Shown here in pieces: positions 1 through 11,453 of a stretch of 43,645 nucleotides of DNA (positions are counted from its first letter, which is position 1; each line of letters starts with the position of its first letter). The stretch is taken from assembly GCF_000281045.1 (NCBI RefSeq), contig NW_008246072.1:1162680-1206324 (forward strand), read 5' to 3'. The notes under the pieces were generated by a model. The model saw nothing but the letters and a program-made list of their open reading frames with translations. It was not told the DNA's origin and ran no database searches. The position numbers and the translations under genes are program-made. The DNA is from Saprolegnia diclina VS20. Taxonomy: Eukaryota.

Positions 1-239
1 AACTACAGCCAAGTGATGCCCAATACCTCTGCTGGCTACGAGACTATCGCTTGCCGACGACCGAAGCTCTCGGTGTTGTCTGGCCTTTCCGCTTGCCGGC
101 GGTTGCAACGACCGGGCTAAAATTACAAAGTAGTCCCGAAATACTTGGCTCCGTGGCATGGACGGGCCGACGCTGCTCGCCTCCGACGCCCGCGAAGAGC
201 TCGAAGAGGCCGCGCCGTCGCCGCTGCGCACCAAGGCCA
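1..239 (+). repeat. Copy A of a 239-bp inverted duplication (upstream region plus first 27 codons of the LRRC56-like gene); may extend beyond the window start
   Basis: Aligns without gaps to the reverse complement of 35664-35902; 5 mismatches (positions 100, 113, 119, 127, 193). Confidence 0.97.
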
Positions 240-2573
240 AGCTCATGATCCGGCCGATGCCAAAGGCGTGCAACCCCGTGCCAGCAAGTCCTGTCAAGCT
301 CAGTCGGTACGCCGACGCGCTCGGCTCGATCGAAGAGGACAACCCGTTCGGCGACCTTACGCACGATAAGCTCGTACGTTCCTTGTACCACCGAGAAGGC
401 TAAGAAGCGGTATGTAGCGGCAACTGAGTGGCAAGTCGGACTTGACCAAAGTCACGTTTCTCCAGCTCTCCATTGACACGGGCAAACAGTCGGTCGAGGC
501 GCTCGGCGAGCTCTTGCCGTCGCTACTGCAGCTGCGCTTGCACGAGAGCAAGCTGCATAGCTTCCGCGACCTTGGCACGTCGCTGCACAGCCTCCAGGTG
601 CTCTGGCTCGAGCGCTGCGGCGTGACCGACCTCGATGGCATCGGCGCGCTCACGGGCCTTCGCGAGCTGTACCTCAACGGCAACTGCATCAGCGACATCA
701 GTCCGCTGAGCATGCACGACGAGCTGTCGGTCGTGGGTAGGCGACGTGGCCGCCCAAGTCGTCGCTCAACCGATGTGCTTAGACCTGCAAGGCAACGCCG
801 TTATGGACATTGTACAGATCGAGCAGCTTGGTACCCGCTTCGATCCTGCGCGCGGCTCATGCTTTTCACAGGGTTATGTCCCCAGCTCACGGCGCTCAAG
901 CTCGTCGAGAACCCGGTGGCGAGCATTCCGCAGTACCGCGCGATCGTCATCAGCTACATTCCGCACCTGACGGCCCTCGACGACAAGCCCATCACCGCTG
1001 CCGACCGCACGCCCGTAGCAATAGCCATCCTTCGGTCATTCCACCTGACTAGACACTAGGTGACGTCGGCGACTATCGACCTCGCCCTTCGCTTCGACCA
1101 CTCGGCCGTGGGTTCGATCCCCGCATAATCTCGACTTATGAGCTTTAGGGCGGCACGAAGCTCGTGCCCGAGTCGCCGTCACGGCCGCCAAGCGCCGCCA
1201 AGTCGACGTTCGACATGCTTCTCGTACATGGCTCCCATGAGAGAGCGAGGAAGCTACGGTGTGCGTAGGACGCGGCCAAGGACCAGCACTCGAGCGACCT
1301 CACGCATGGCACGGACGTTGTGTTTGCCGGCAACGTGACGAGCGCACTCCGACGCCGTAGCCACGAGCACTACCACAACAATGCGTCGGCCATGGACGAC
1401 CCGCAGCGACCGCCGACGCCCGCGAGCAGCTTCCCGCCGCGACCAAGCACACCGCTGCAGCGCGAGTCCATCACGGCGACGCTCGACCGCGCGTGCGAGC
1501 TCGACTTGACGTCGCGCCTCAGCTCTAAGTCGCGCGACTCGATCTTGCACGAGCTCAAAGCGTGGAAGCTCGAGACGTCGGTGGCGCAGGTCGGCCGGCC
1601 CGAGACGCCGTCCAAGCGCAGCAGTGCCAAGAAGACATCGTCGCGGCCGCACACGTCAGGCGGTCGGACGCCGGTCCGAGAGGCCTTTGGCGAGTCGGCG
1701 CCGCGCCGCCACAGCCGATCCAGCCCCATCAAGTCGGTGAGCAAGCCCCACGCGGTCGAGATCCTCGTGCTCGACGACCAAACGCCGGACGACTCGCCGC
1801 CAACATTCACGGGTCTGCACGAGTAGGACCTATAACCATCTTGGGATAGAGCTCATGCTATGCGTAGGGAGTGGACGCTGGAGCTGCAAGCACTCTCGCC
1901 ACGGATCGAGCCGCAAGCGATTCCGTCGTTCAAGAAGCACATATTCGACGCGAGTCAGAGCGACAGTGACAGCGAGAAGGACGAGAATGACGACGACGAG
2001 GACCTCGGACACCTGCCGCTTCGCACGGCGCGGAAGCTCCAGCACTTCAACGTGGGTGACAGCCTCAACGCGATCGACGAGTGGACCAACCGCCTCTTGC
2101 ACGCCGAGGACGGGCCTGTCGCTGTCGTACCCGTCACAGAGCGCTGCAAAACCCCCAAGCGCCGTCCGAGCGCCGGGCCAAAGTTTCTCGATGTCCCATC
2201 AACGGTTGTCACACCGGTCACGACTCCAGCCAAAACAGTAGCAACTCCGACACCGACACCGGCCAAGTCACCAACCAAGGCATTGCCGCTCAAGTCCGAC
2301 GCAGTGTCCGGTGCGCGGCCAGCCGACGCGCCAACCGCCGATGTGCTCCTTGTCGAGGCCGCGACGTACGAGAGCCTGGACGACGCGAGTCTCGTGGTCC
2401 TCTTACAAGGCAAGGACAAGGCCAACCTCCACCACCTCAAGACCAAAGAGAGCTTTCGGGGTTTCTTCCACGGCATTGAGCGCATCCGGCTCGAGACGCT
2501 GCTGCGACGAGCGTACGGCGACGGCGACAAGATGCAAAAGCGGCTCGGCCTCATGGCCGGACGCACCTCGTAA
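158..2573 (+). CDS. LRRC56: Leucine-rich repeat protein, LRRC56/ODA8-like (dynein-arm assembly or transport factor), multi-exon
   Basis: Spliced reading gives FRDLGTSLHSLQVLWLERCGVTDLDGIGALTGLRELYLNGNCISDISPL...DLQGN...LCPQLTALKLVENP and a later FAGN motif, resembling LRRC56. Short GT-AG introns join ORFs 158-403, 442-1059, 1320-1826 and 1860-2573. Confidence 0.75.
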
Positions 2574-2595
2574 TACACCAACTTATTCGCGAGTG

Positions 2596-5500
2596 TTAGA
2601 CGTCTTGGTCGACGCGGTCCATGGCCTCGTCCGCCTCGTCGCTCTCTTCCGTCTCGAGGACGTCAGTGAGAATCTCGTGCAAGCTGTCCATGCCGTGCTC
2701 GAACCCGAGGTCGTCGTCGAACACCAGCACGCGGTCCTTCTCGAACAACTCGAGTTTGCCTACACACACAACTGAGTCGTATACAGCACTCAGATCTTGG
2801 TCGACCATCGGGGTCGGGGATGTTGTCGTGGTAGCAAATCGGTACGATGCGCTTGCCCTTGTCTTCGGCAAAGGCGAGCTGATCGCTTACGAGCTGCGTC
2901 TTGACACTCTCGACCGAGAGCACGACGAGGAAGAGCTGGCACTGCAAGATCGCGTCCTTGGCTGCGATGATGCGCTCCTTCATGTTGGACACTTTGGTGC
3001 CCGAGTCGACGAGGACACTGGCGCCCATGTCCCGCAGCCGCGTTTTGAGCTACACACGACAATAAGAACACAGAGGAGGAGCGATGACGCACGGTCGTGA
3101 CAAAGGCGTCGTGGCAGTCGCCGTGCGAAATGAAGATCGTGTGCCCCGGGCCAATGTTCTTGCGCGACGAGTTGGAGCTCGTGAGCGTGTAGTGCACCGA
3201 CGACGCTTTCGATAAAATGGACGAGTTGGAGAGGCGCAATTTGGACGAGGGTTTGGTCGCGGGCGACGCCGTCCCCAGCTCTGTAAACGACGTGAGCCGG
3301 AAGAGCCCCTGCATGTCGCGCGCCTTGTGCTGCTGCTGGTGGCCGCCGCCGAGCCGGTGCAATTCGACTTCGTCGCGGAGACCGTCGAGGAGCGATCGAA
3401 GCCGCTCGGCGAAAAGGTCTTCGTCGACGTCAAAGTGCACATAGCCATCGTGGAGCTCGGCCTCGAGGATGCACGGCTGGAACGGAATGATCTGGCGCGT
3501 GTAGAGGTACACTTGCAGCTCTTCCGAGAGCGTTGGGCAGTCGCAGTTGACGGCGACGACTACGCAAGGAGTTTACTTGGTACAAATCCCATGGTACACG
3601 ATGGTACCGGGCACGTCGAGCTGCTTGGCAAAGGCGAGCTCTTGCATGCAGCGGTTGCTTTGGTTGTATCCCTTGGAGAGAAGACACATGACGACACTGA
3701 CCGTGTCCATGATCTTTGTGAAGTCGGCCTTGTCGTCGATCGCGCGCAAGTGCACCGAAATGCAGTGCGTCTCGATCGCATCTCGAATCTTCTCGGCAAA
3801 GGGCAGGTACGGCGTCTCGTACGAGAGGTACACGTCCACAGACCTACGTCCCCATCGGTATATGTCGTCGTCGCCACCATCGAGCATACCCGGACGCTTT
3901 CTTGACTTCGTACTGCAATTGCGCCGACGAGCAGCAGTCGATCGCGCGGCGCCGGTCCGAGTTGAGCGCGTAGATATCCGCGCCCGACGCCACGAGAGCG
4001 AGCGCTGTCTCTTGGTGCCCCCGCATCAGGGCAAAGTGTAGCGGAGTCTCGCCGCACTCGGTCTTGGAGAGCACGTCGGCCGCCGCCTCGTTGGCGCTGT
4101 ACGCCAAGAACGCCGCAATCGTGTCGCGGTCCAAGAGGCCGGCCTGCGCCGCGAGGCAGAGCGGCGTCAAGTACACCATATCCGGTGCGTGTGGGTCGGC
4201 ACCCGCGCTTAGAAGCGCGTCGACGACGCCTGCGTGGCTGTTGCTACGTCTCGTGTGTCATCTCTGCACTTATATGTGTCTAACGTGCGTACCGTGTGGC
4301 CCAGTGCAACGGGGTGCGGCCGCTGCGGTCCTTGACGTCGATCGCGGCGCCGTGCTCGAGGAGGCACTGCACAACGCGGGTGCGGCCCATGATGGCGGCC
4401 CAGTGCAGTGGTGTTCGATGGTGAAAGCCAACGTGGTACTCGCCGAGCGCGTCTGGTGAGACCCCCCGCTTGAGGTAGTACTGCACCGATGCGACGTCAC
4501 CGGCCGCGGCGACCGCATGCAGCGGAGTGAGCGCCGCGTCACAGCCGTACTCTTCCAGGAGACTGACGAGGGCGCCGCGGTCCTATGTCTACATATGAGA
4601 ACCAAGGGATCGGTAGGGGTAGGGTACGAGAAACAGGTTGTGCTGGAGGACCGTGATCGACATGGCCGAGCCAAACGACGGCACCATGAGGTGGTTGGCG
4701 CCGTACTGAAGGAGCGCTTCCATGCAGTCGCGCGAGTCGGCGTGAAAGAGTGGCGGGACGGCGAGTTCCTACCACGAAAATCATAAATTTTGTGAAAACG
4801 AGCCCAAAATGAATGAAAATCAGCGTACCGACGACCAAATATCGGCTTTGGCAAGAATGTCCATGTTGGCACCGCTCGCATGGAGGATGTCGATGCACGC
4901 CATGTTGCCGTGCGAGACTGCAACGTGGAGCGCGCTCACGAGGACGCTCTTGCTCTTATTGTGCCGGCCCCAGAGCCACTGGTAGATGGACCCGATGCCC
5001 ATGTCGACGCCACCGAGCTTGTCGAGAAAATCCTATGCCTCCGCCGTGAGCATGTGTCCCTCGTCGAGCATGGAGCTACCGGCTGCAAGCCAGCGTCGAG
5101 GAGGATGCGCACGATCTCGACGTTGCCCTTCTCGCAGGCGACGTGCAGTGGGTTCTTGGTGCGGGTTGAGAAGAGACCGAGCACAATACGTGGCGTCGCG
5201 TACAGCTTCCACAGAAACGTGTTGCGCTCCATCTACGAGATCTGATTGGTACGAGCAAGACGACGCAGCGGAGGATCGGACGTCGGTGGCACAGCTGCGC
5301 CGCGCTTGTTCGAGGAGCGTGTGCACTTCGTTGGGGTTGCCGCGCTTGGCGGCTGCGTACAGCTCGGCGCGGAGCTCGTTGTTCTTCTTGGCCTTGGCGC
5401 CCATGAGGCTCGCGAGCCAGCGACGAAACTTCCAGTTGCCGACGTGCTCGAGCTCGTTGGGCGACCCGAGCTGCAGCTTTTGGTGCGTCCGAAAGCGATC

Positions 5501-6221
5501 GAAGATGACCTAGATCGGAGAATGAGATGTGCGACGATGAGGATGAGGCACGTACCCACTGCACGAGCGTCACGAGCATGAGGACGCCGTTGCCAAGCCA
5601 GACCGACATGCCCCACGTGCTCGTCATGCATGTGATCTGGAACCGGTTCTGGATGCCCCAGTACAAGAGGAGGACGGCAAAGCCGATGGCGCCAATGACA
5701 TGGAGGAGAAAGAGCGACTCGCACCAGTAGAGGTACTTGCTGCGCAGCACCACCTTGGACGTTGGGTGCAAGTACGAGTAGAGCGTCGCAATGTGGAAGC
5801 CCATGCCCGGGAAGCCGAGCGTCAGGTTGAGCACCGAGATGGACGAGAGCACGGGCAGGATCACGTTGCACGTCTCGCTGACCGTCGTCCCTGTCTTGTC
5901 TGGGATCCAGTGGTTGATGATGTAGCTCTGCGAGAGCAGCGCGGCGAGGGCGGCGATGCCCAGCGCGCAGGAGAGGGTCGAAACGAGCGCCAGCCTCCCG
6001 GCGTGGTACGAGTTGCGCATCGCGGTCCGGGGCCCATGCACGCGCCGGTCGTAGATGTACGCGTCGATCGACATTTGCTGCTTGGGCGGCTTCTCGCATG
6101 GCTTGGGCCGGCCACCCATGCTCGGCTTCATGTAGTGCATGGGCTGCGAGCCTTCGCGGGCGACGTCCATCGACAGCTCGTCGACGCTGCCCCGGTCGTG
6201 GCCCATCGAGCTTGCTTCCAT
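2596..6221 (-). CDS. Multi-pass membrane protein with ankyrin repeats and two C-terminal TIR-like domains, multi-exon
   Basis: About 4 hydrophobic segments at ~6000-5560. Ankyrin motifs: [53 protein letters not shown]-like 1: VDVYLSY...[25 protein letters not shown]-like 2: IFISHG...[32 protein letters not shown]. First ATG at 6221; TAA at 2596-2598. Confidence 0.8.
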
Positions 6222-7076
6222 CGCGCTGAATACCTCGAACGAATCCAAGTAATGCGTCCCACTAAAGTGCGCCTTCCATGAGTCTGGCGTTTTGTATGTT
6301 ACAAAGTGCGATTCTCGTTAAGTTCGCCCCACCTGCTGCTCTGGCACAATCCCTCACAACCTCGTCCATGACAAACGACAACAGAGCAGCAGCGAGAGGT
6401 GGCTGCGGTAGCAACAGCAGCAGCCGACAATGGCAATGGCAGGTCCATCTGCAGGCCAAGCGGCGAGCCTTTGATGTCGGCGCTTCCACGCACCGAACAC
6501 AGTCTCCGCCTGTGTCTTGGCCACGGTGCTAGCTCTCTGCCAAGACGCACGGACACGTAGAAGCATGCGCTGGCCACCTTCCGTGCGATCGCCATGAGTT
6601 CTGGCCACTGAAACGTAGCATTCGAAAGGAGCTGCAGGCTTCTCGGTGGTTCGACGACAGCTCCTGCTTCTCTCGCTTCTCCGTTGGCGTCAAGAATGGC
6701 ACACGGAAGAACGACGAGATGCACGTGGCGACGCGCACGCACAGGGCAGGTAGCCAAGCGATTGCAGATGTAGCACAGCAACGGGAAAGGTCATCGCACC
6801 AGATCGACGACCAAATCTGGTCAAGCCAGAGAGCTAAGCCAGAGCAGCACGAGCGGTGGCTGCTTCTTGGCATCGTTGCGCGTCCATACCACCTGCACCC
6901 ACCATCATCATCCTAGCGTGGCGATCATCTCGATCTGGGAAAGCATCATCATCATCCGGCTGCGAACGCATACTGGCATCCATCCACTGTATCTGTCCGA
7001 CGTTGGTGCAATGTGAATACAGCGGCTCCCGTTTCGTAGGCGTTTTCGCAGCAGTTGGCACTGCGCGACGAGGTCG

Positions 7077-7757
7077 ATGCAACTGTGGGGCAAACGGTCG
7101 CCACCGGCGACGGGCCTGCCCGACGTCGCCGCGACCTACCGCGTGCGCATCTCGGCGACCCGCGAGACCCGCAAGAGCCTCGCGACCTACACGCTCTACC
7201 ACATCAGCGTCTCTTGCCTCGTCAGTCGCGAGTGGCGCATCATCCAGCGGCGGTACTCGGACTTCTTCGCACTGCGCGACGCGCTCGCCGACCTCCAGCG
7301 CCGCGCGTTTGGCGCGCCGTGGGCGGCCGCGCTGAGTCCGATCGTCGACGGCCCGTTCCCGGCGAAGCGGTACTTCCGCGACACGCGGTCGATCGTTCGT
7401 GAACGCATGCGACTCTTCAAGTCCTTTGTCGGGCAACTGCTTCGCTTTCGTCATCACTACCTCGCACTCTTGCAGCGACATGTCCATGCAGCCAAGTCGC
7501 CGCTGTTCGTGGAGCTCCTGCGCCTGCTCCATGGCTTTCTCGAGCTGCGCCTGCACAAGCTGCTCCATGGGCCGCAGCTCGCGCGCACCGACGAGACCGC
7601 CTGTGCCATTTGCCTCGCCGGGCGCCGTCGCCAATGGCTTCGGCTATCGCCATGCCAGCATGCGTTCCATGCGTCGTGCGCCATTGACTGGCTGCTCCGC
7701 AAGCCGACCTGTCCAGTCTGTCGCACCGGCGCCAGCGCAGGCGTCCTTATCGCATAA
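7077..7757 (+). CDS. PX domain + RING-H2 finger protein (putative E3 ligase), intronless
   Basis: PX motifs YTLY..RRYSDF..PFPAK..RER; RING-H2 CAIC...CQHAFHASC..WL..CPVC. Confidence 0.85.
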   Translation: MQLWGKRSPPATGLPDVAATYRVRISATRETRKSLATYTLYHISVSCLVSREWRIIQRRYSDFFALRDALADLQRRAFGAPWAAALSPIVDGPFPAKRYFRDTRSIVRERMRLFKSFVGQLLRFRHHYLALLQRHVHAAKSPLFVELLRLLHGFLELRLHKLLHGPQLARTDETACAICLAGRRRQWLRLSPCQHAFHASCAIDWLLRKPTCPVCRTGASAGVLIA

Positions 7758-8376
7758 TGCGTCAACCGTCGACGATGCACTTTACTAAGTCTGCTTGCGA
7801 GATGCCACCGAGAACAAACTCGTTGAAGAAACGCAGGGGCAGCTGGGCGCGCGTAATTCGCTCAGATAGTACATGGCGTCCATCTGAGCGTCGCGGAATC
7901 AGTTGCGCCCAAGTAGCTCCCGCGTGATCGGCCGCCACCGCGCCATCATCGCTCCACTCTCGCAGCAAGCGCGCTCAGGCGATGAACACTGCACGGCCTT
8001 TGCGAGGGCGCAAATAAGATCGAAGCTTAGGCAATATAAGGCAAGCAGTGGAAGGTCGCTTCGAAGGGGAGAGGGCCGCGGGCAAGACGCAGCGTCGCGA
8101 TCGAAGCCAAGGCTGGTGCAAAAGAAGCAGCATGGTTGTCAGAACAAGGGTCTGGTCCGATGGCGATGCTTCGAATTTCGAGGTGGGTGGTATCAGCCTT
8201 TTGGATTGGCTGAAATCGTAGTTGAAGTAGCCAATGCGTGTCGACAACGACACGGAACGTGATGTGATTGGTGCAAAAGGCTGTCCGCACCAAGTGGTTT
8301 CATGTACTGGTTCTGGGAATTTAATTTGGTCCGTATCCGGTCGTGCAATGCAAATATCTTTGTTTTCTGTTTTTGG

Positions 8377-8392
8377 TCATTTTCTGATTTGC
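8377..8392 (+). promoter_or_regulatory. Oomycete Inr+FPR core promoter element
   Basis: TCATTTTCTGATTTGC immediately before the ATG at 8394 fits the TCATTYBNNNWTTY consensus; inverted CCAAT (GATTGG) at ~8203 and ~8266. Confidence 0.6.
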
Positions 8393-8393
8393 C

Positions 8394-9200
8394 ATGCCTG
8401 CCATCACGGCCGCGGTCCAGCGCTGCCTCGCGCACCAGCTCATTCACCTCCACCGGGCCGTATCGCGCAAGGACGAGGCGGTGCCGCAAGGCCTCTCGGA
8501 CGACCAAGCCGCCTTCCTCGAGTCAGCGCAGGTGCACCCGTGCGCGACCCAGGTCGTCGAAGATGCCATGATGTACACGCTCTACACGATGACCGCCTAC
8601 TGCCCCATCACACGCCGATGGTGGCTCGTCAAGAAGCGCTACTCCGAGTACCACGCCTTCCGGAAGCAGCTCGACGCGCTCTGGGTCCACTGCGAGCTCA
8701 AGATGAAGGCCGACCCGCTCACGCCGATGCTGCGCAGCATCATGAAGATGCCGTTTCCGCGCCGCGTCTACAATGGCGACAGCGTCTATATCATCAAGGA
8801 GCGCATCCGCGTCCTCGAGACCTTTCTGCGAAAGCTCATGGCTATTCACGCCGAGTGCTTCTACTACGCATATCAAAAGCTCAAGCTCGACGAGCCGCTC
8901 TCGCCGACCTTCCACGCCTTCCATTCGCTCCTCCAAACGTTCCTCGGCGTACCCAGCGACATGCTGGACCTGCGCGCCATGCAGCGTATGCTCAACCACA
9001 CGCTCGACAAGCCGCACGGCGTCGACGCCGACGAAGCGTGCTCGATCTGCCTCTCGACGTTTGACGAGACCGAGGGCGAGGCCATCGTCCAGCTCTCGTG
9101 CTCGCATCTGTACCACCGCGACTGCGTTGTCTCGTGGCTCGTCGCGAAGAAGTCGTGTCCGCTCTGCCGAGAAGACGTCGACTCGGGCTCCGTCCTCTAA
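8394..9200 (+). CDS. PX domain + RING-H2 finger protein (paralog of 7077-7757), intronless
   Basis: YTLY..KRYSEY..PFPRR..KER; RING-H2 CSIC...CSHLYHRDC..WL..CPLC. Confidence 0.87.
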   Translation: MPAITAAVQRCLAHQLIHLHRAVSRKDEAVPQGLSDDQAAFLESAQVHPCATQVVEDAMMYTLYTMTAYCPITRRWWLVKKRYSEYHAFRKQLDALWVHCELKMKADPLTPMLRSIMKMPFPRRVYNGDSVYIIKERIRVLETFLRKLMAIHAECFYYAYQKLKLDEPLSPTFHAFHSLLQTFLGVPSDMLDLRAMQRMLNHTLDKPHGVDADEACSICLSTFDETEGEAIVQLSCSHLYHRDCVVSWLVAKKSCPLCREDVDSGSVL

Positions 9201-9501
9201 GATATCGCGCTATCTATTGTAAAATGTAAGTTTGTACCGAGTATTCGCCTCCTTGGGCGCGACAGAGGAACTCGCTCGACGGCGTTGGGCTACTCGCACC
9301 TGCGCCACGCGTGTGCTTGGTGCGACGCCGTCGCTGCGACAAGCGTCGTTCGTTCGGCCGCTTTCTTCATTGACCAAGTTGAGGTTGATGCAACAGCCTC
9401 TAACCGCTGTATAAAACAGTGCAAAAACACAGTTTTCTTCCACCTCGAAGTTCGAAGATTGGGAAACCACTTGGGGAACCACGGTTGCCACACGACTGAG
9501 C

Positions 9502-10563
9502 ATGGCAAGCAGCACGATGGACGCGGTCGAGGCCAGCTTTGGCCAGCGGGACCTCTACGCAATCCTGGGCGTCGAGGCCTCGGCGACGACCGCGCAGCTC
9601 AAGACGGCGTACCGCAAGAAGGCGCTCAAATACGTACGTGCTACACAGGATAGGCCAGCATCCAACGTCGCTATGTAGCACCCCGACAAGAACCCCGACG
9701 ACGACGAGGCGACGACCAAGTTCCAGCTCCTCTGCACGATCCATGCGGCGCTTAGCAGCCCCGAGCTGCGCGCCGTGTACGACGAGACGGGCGAGCTCGA
9801 GACCGAGGCCACGGAAACCTCCTCGTTCCGCGACTGGTACAACGTGCGCTTCTGTCGCCGGGGCTCATCGCGAACAGGGTGGACTACTGGCGCAACCTCT
9901 TCCCCAAGGTCACAACCAAGGACATTCAAAGCTTTGAGCAAGAGTACCGCGGGTCCGACGAAGAGGCGCGGGATGTCTTGAACGGTCTGTGTCCATCGTC
10001 CTCCTCGTGTGCTTGCTGGGTGCCATCATGACGACGATGCATTAGCCTACGAAAAGTACAAGGGCAAATGGACAAGCATTATGGACGTCGTCATGCTCTC
10101 GAGCGACGACGACATGGACCGCTTCTCCAAGATCATCCAGGAGGCCATCGATGCCAACGAGGTTTGACATACCATTTACATGCCATCCCACAGCGCTTCT
10201 AGGTGCCTCTGTACCCAGCGTTCACCAAGAAGACCATAAAGACGAGAAGCAAGAGCAAGAAGGTCGCGGCCGAAGCCAAGGCCGCCGAAGAGCTTCTTGC
10301 GAAAATCCGAGGCAACCAAGCGGGCGGGGCGCTCGCCAAACGGTACGCCACACGAAGCCTCCTCATATAACCATCAGCCTTCCTCACGCAAGCTAAGTAG
10401 GCAGCAAGGATTTGCATCGCTCCTCGCCAAGTACGCGGACGCGGAGCCCACGACGTCAAGCAAGACGTCGAAGAAGAAGAAGGCGCTCGACGACGAGCCG
10501 TCGGAAGCCGCTTTCCAAGCGGCCCAGAAGCGCCTCATGAACAAGAAGAAGAAGACATCGTAA
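9502..10563 (+). CDS. DNAJC9: J-domain co-chaperone, DNAJC9-like, multi-exon
   Basis: Spliced reading: DLYAILGV...AYRKKALKY|HPDKN...RAVYDETG...DYWRNLFPKVT..DI..FEQEYRGSDEE..D, then C-terminal LLAKY and EPSEAAFQAAQ. Confidence 0.85.
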
Positions 10564-11453
10564 AAGGCGAATCTAAATACTGTATTGAGTCGACTACCGC
10601 GCCCCCTTCCAGACGCGCCCACGATTCACTGGCGTGGCGAGGACAGGCGGCGGTTTGGCCACCGGCTCGAGCGAGCTGCGGCGCTTGAGCGCGAGACCTC
10701 CGACGACAGCGGACGTAAGCAGCGCCGGGGGCATGACGCGGCCCACGTGCAAGGTGAAGACCATCGGACTTGGTTGGCGAATTGAAAACTGCCTGAGGAT
10801 TGCGTTGGGTGGCAGACGCGTTCGTGATTGGTCCAAAAACGTATCTGAAAAACCAATCAAAACGCGGGGATCCATGTTGCGGGACGTTGAAGTTGCAGCG
10901 CGGGAAAACCGACGCCGCGCGCCTTCCCATTATCCAACGCTTCGACTAACTAAAGTACTAGTAGCAAGCACCCATCGATGAGTACCAAGTCGCCATGAGT
11001 CTCGCACCCATGACGCGAGTCCTTTCGACATGCAGGTGATCGCGCAGGTGGGATCGTCGGACGTTGTGGCCTTCGGTGTTGTTCCGCTCACCGTAGCTTC
11101 TTTTGTCTCTGCAGGCAGCGATATAGTAAGCTGGATCAAGCAGCAGTCGCAGCACACCCGGCTGTGACGGATGGCTAGATGATAAGCAATCACCGCTCCT
11201 CCTGCTCGGCGCTGCAGCCGTTCCGTGCACAGTATGCTTAAAGTAGGACGCCGTACCACTCTTCCTGTAGGTCTCTCGTCGTATCGACGGCCCCACGCCT
11301 CTGGCACGTCGATCGCCTGTCGAGAGTTCCGCTTTGCTTTGCAAAGTGCCAAGTTGTGGAGCCAGTGGAATAGGCAAGTGGCTTGAAGTGGAGGGCTGTT
11401 ACTCACGCGTCTGCGGTACGCACGTCAAGCTGGCACATGGCGACACCCTTGTA

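Noticed and set aside
1108..1124. tRNA T-arm/B-box look-alike GTGGGTTCGATCCCCGC
   Set aside because: No D-arm, anticodon arm or acceptor stem upstream; it straddles an exon-intron junction of the LRRC56-like gene.
10256..10271. 16-bp match (CAAGAAGGTCGCGGCC) to the reverse complement of hairpin 2
   Set aside because: Ordinary KKVAA codons in the DNAJC9-like gene; no hairpin is formed there.
10992..11005. 14-bp match (GCCATGAGTCTCGC) to the duplication junction near 35654-35667
   Set aside because: Several matches of this length are expected by chance in a 43-kb self-comparison, and it does not extend.
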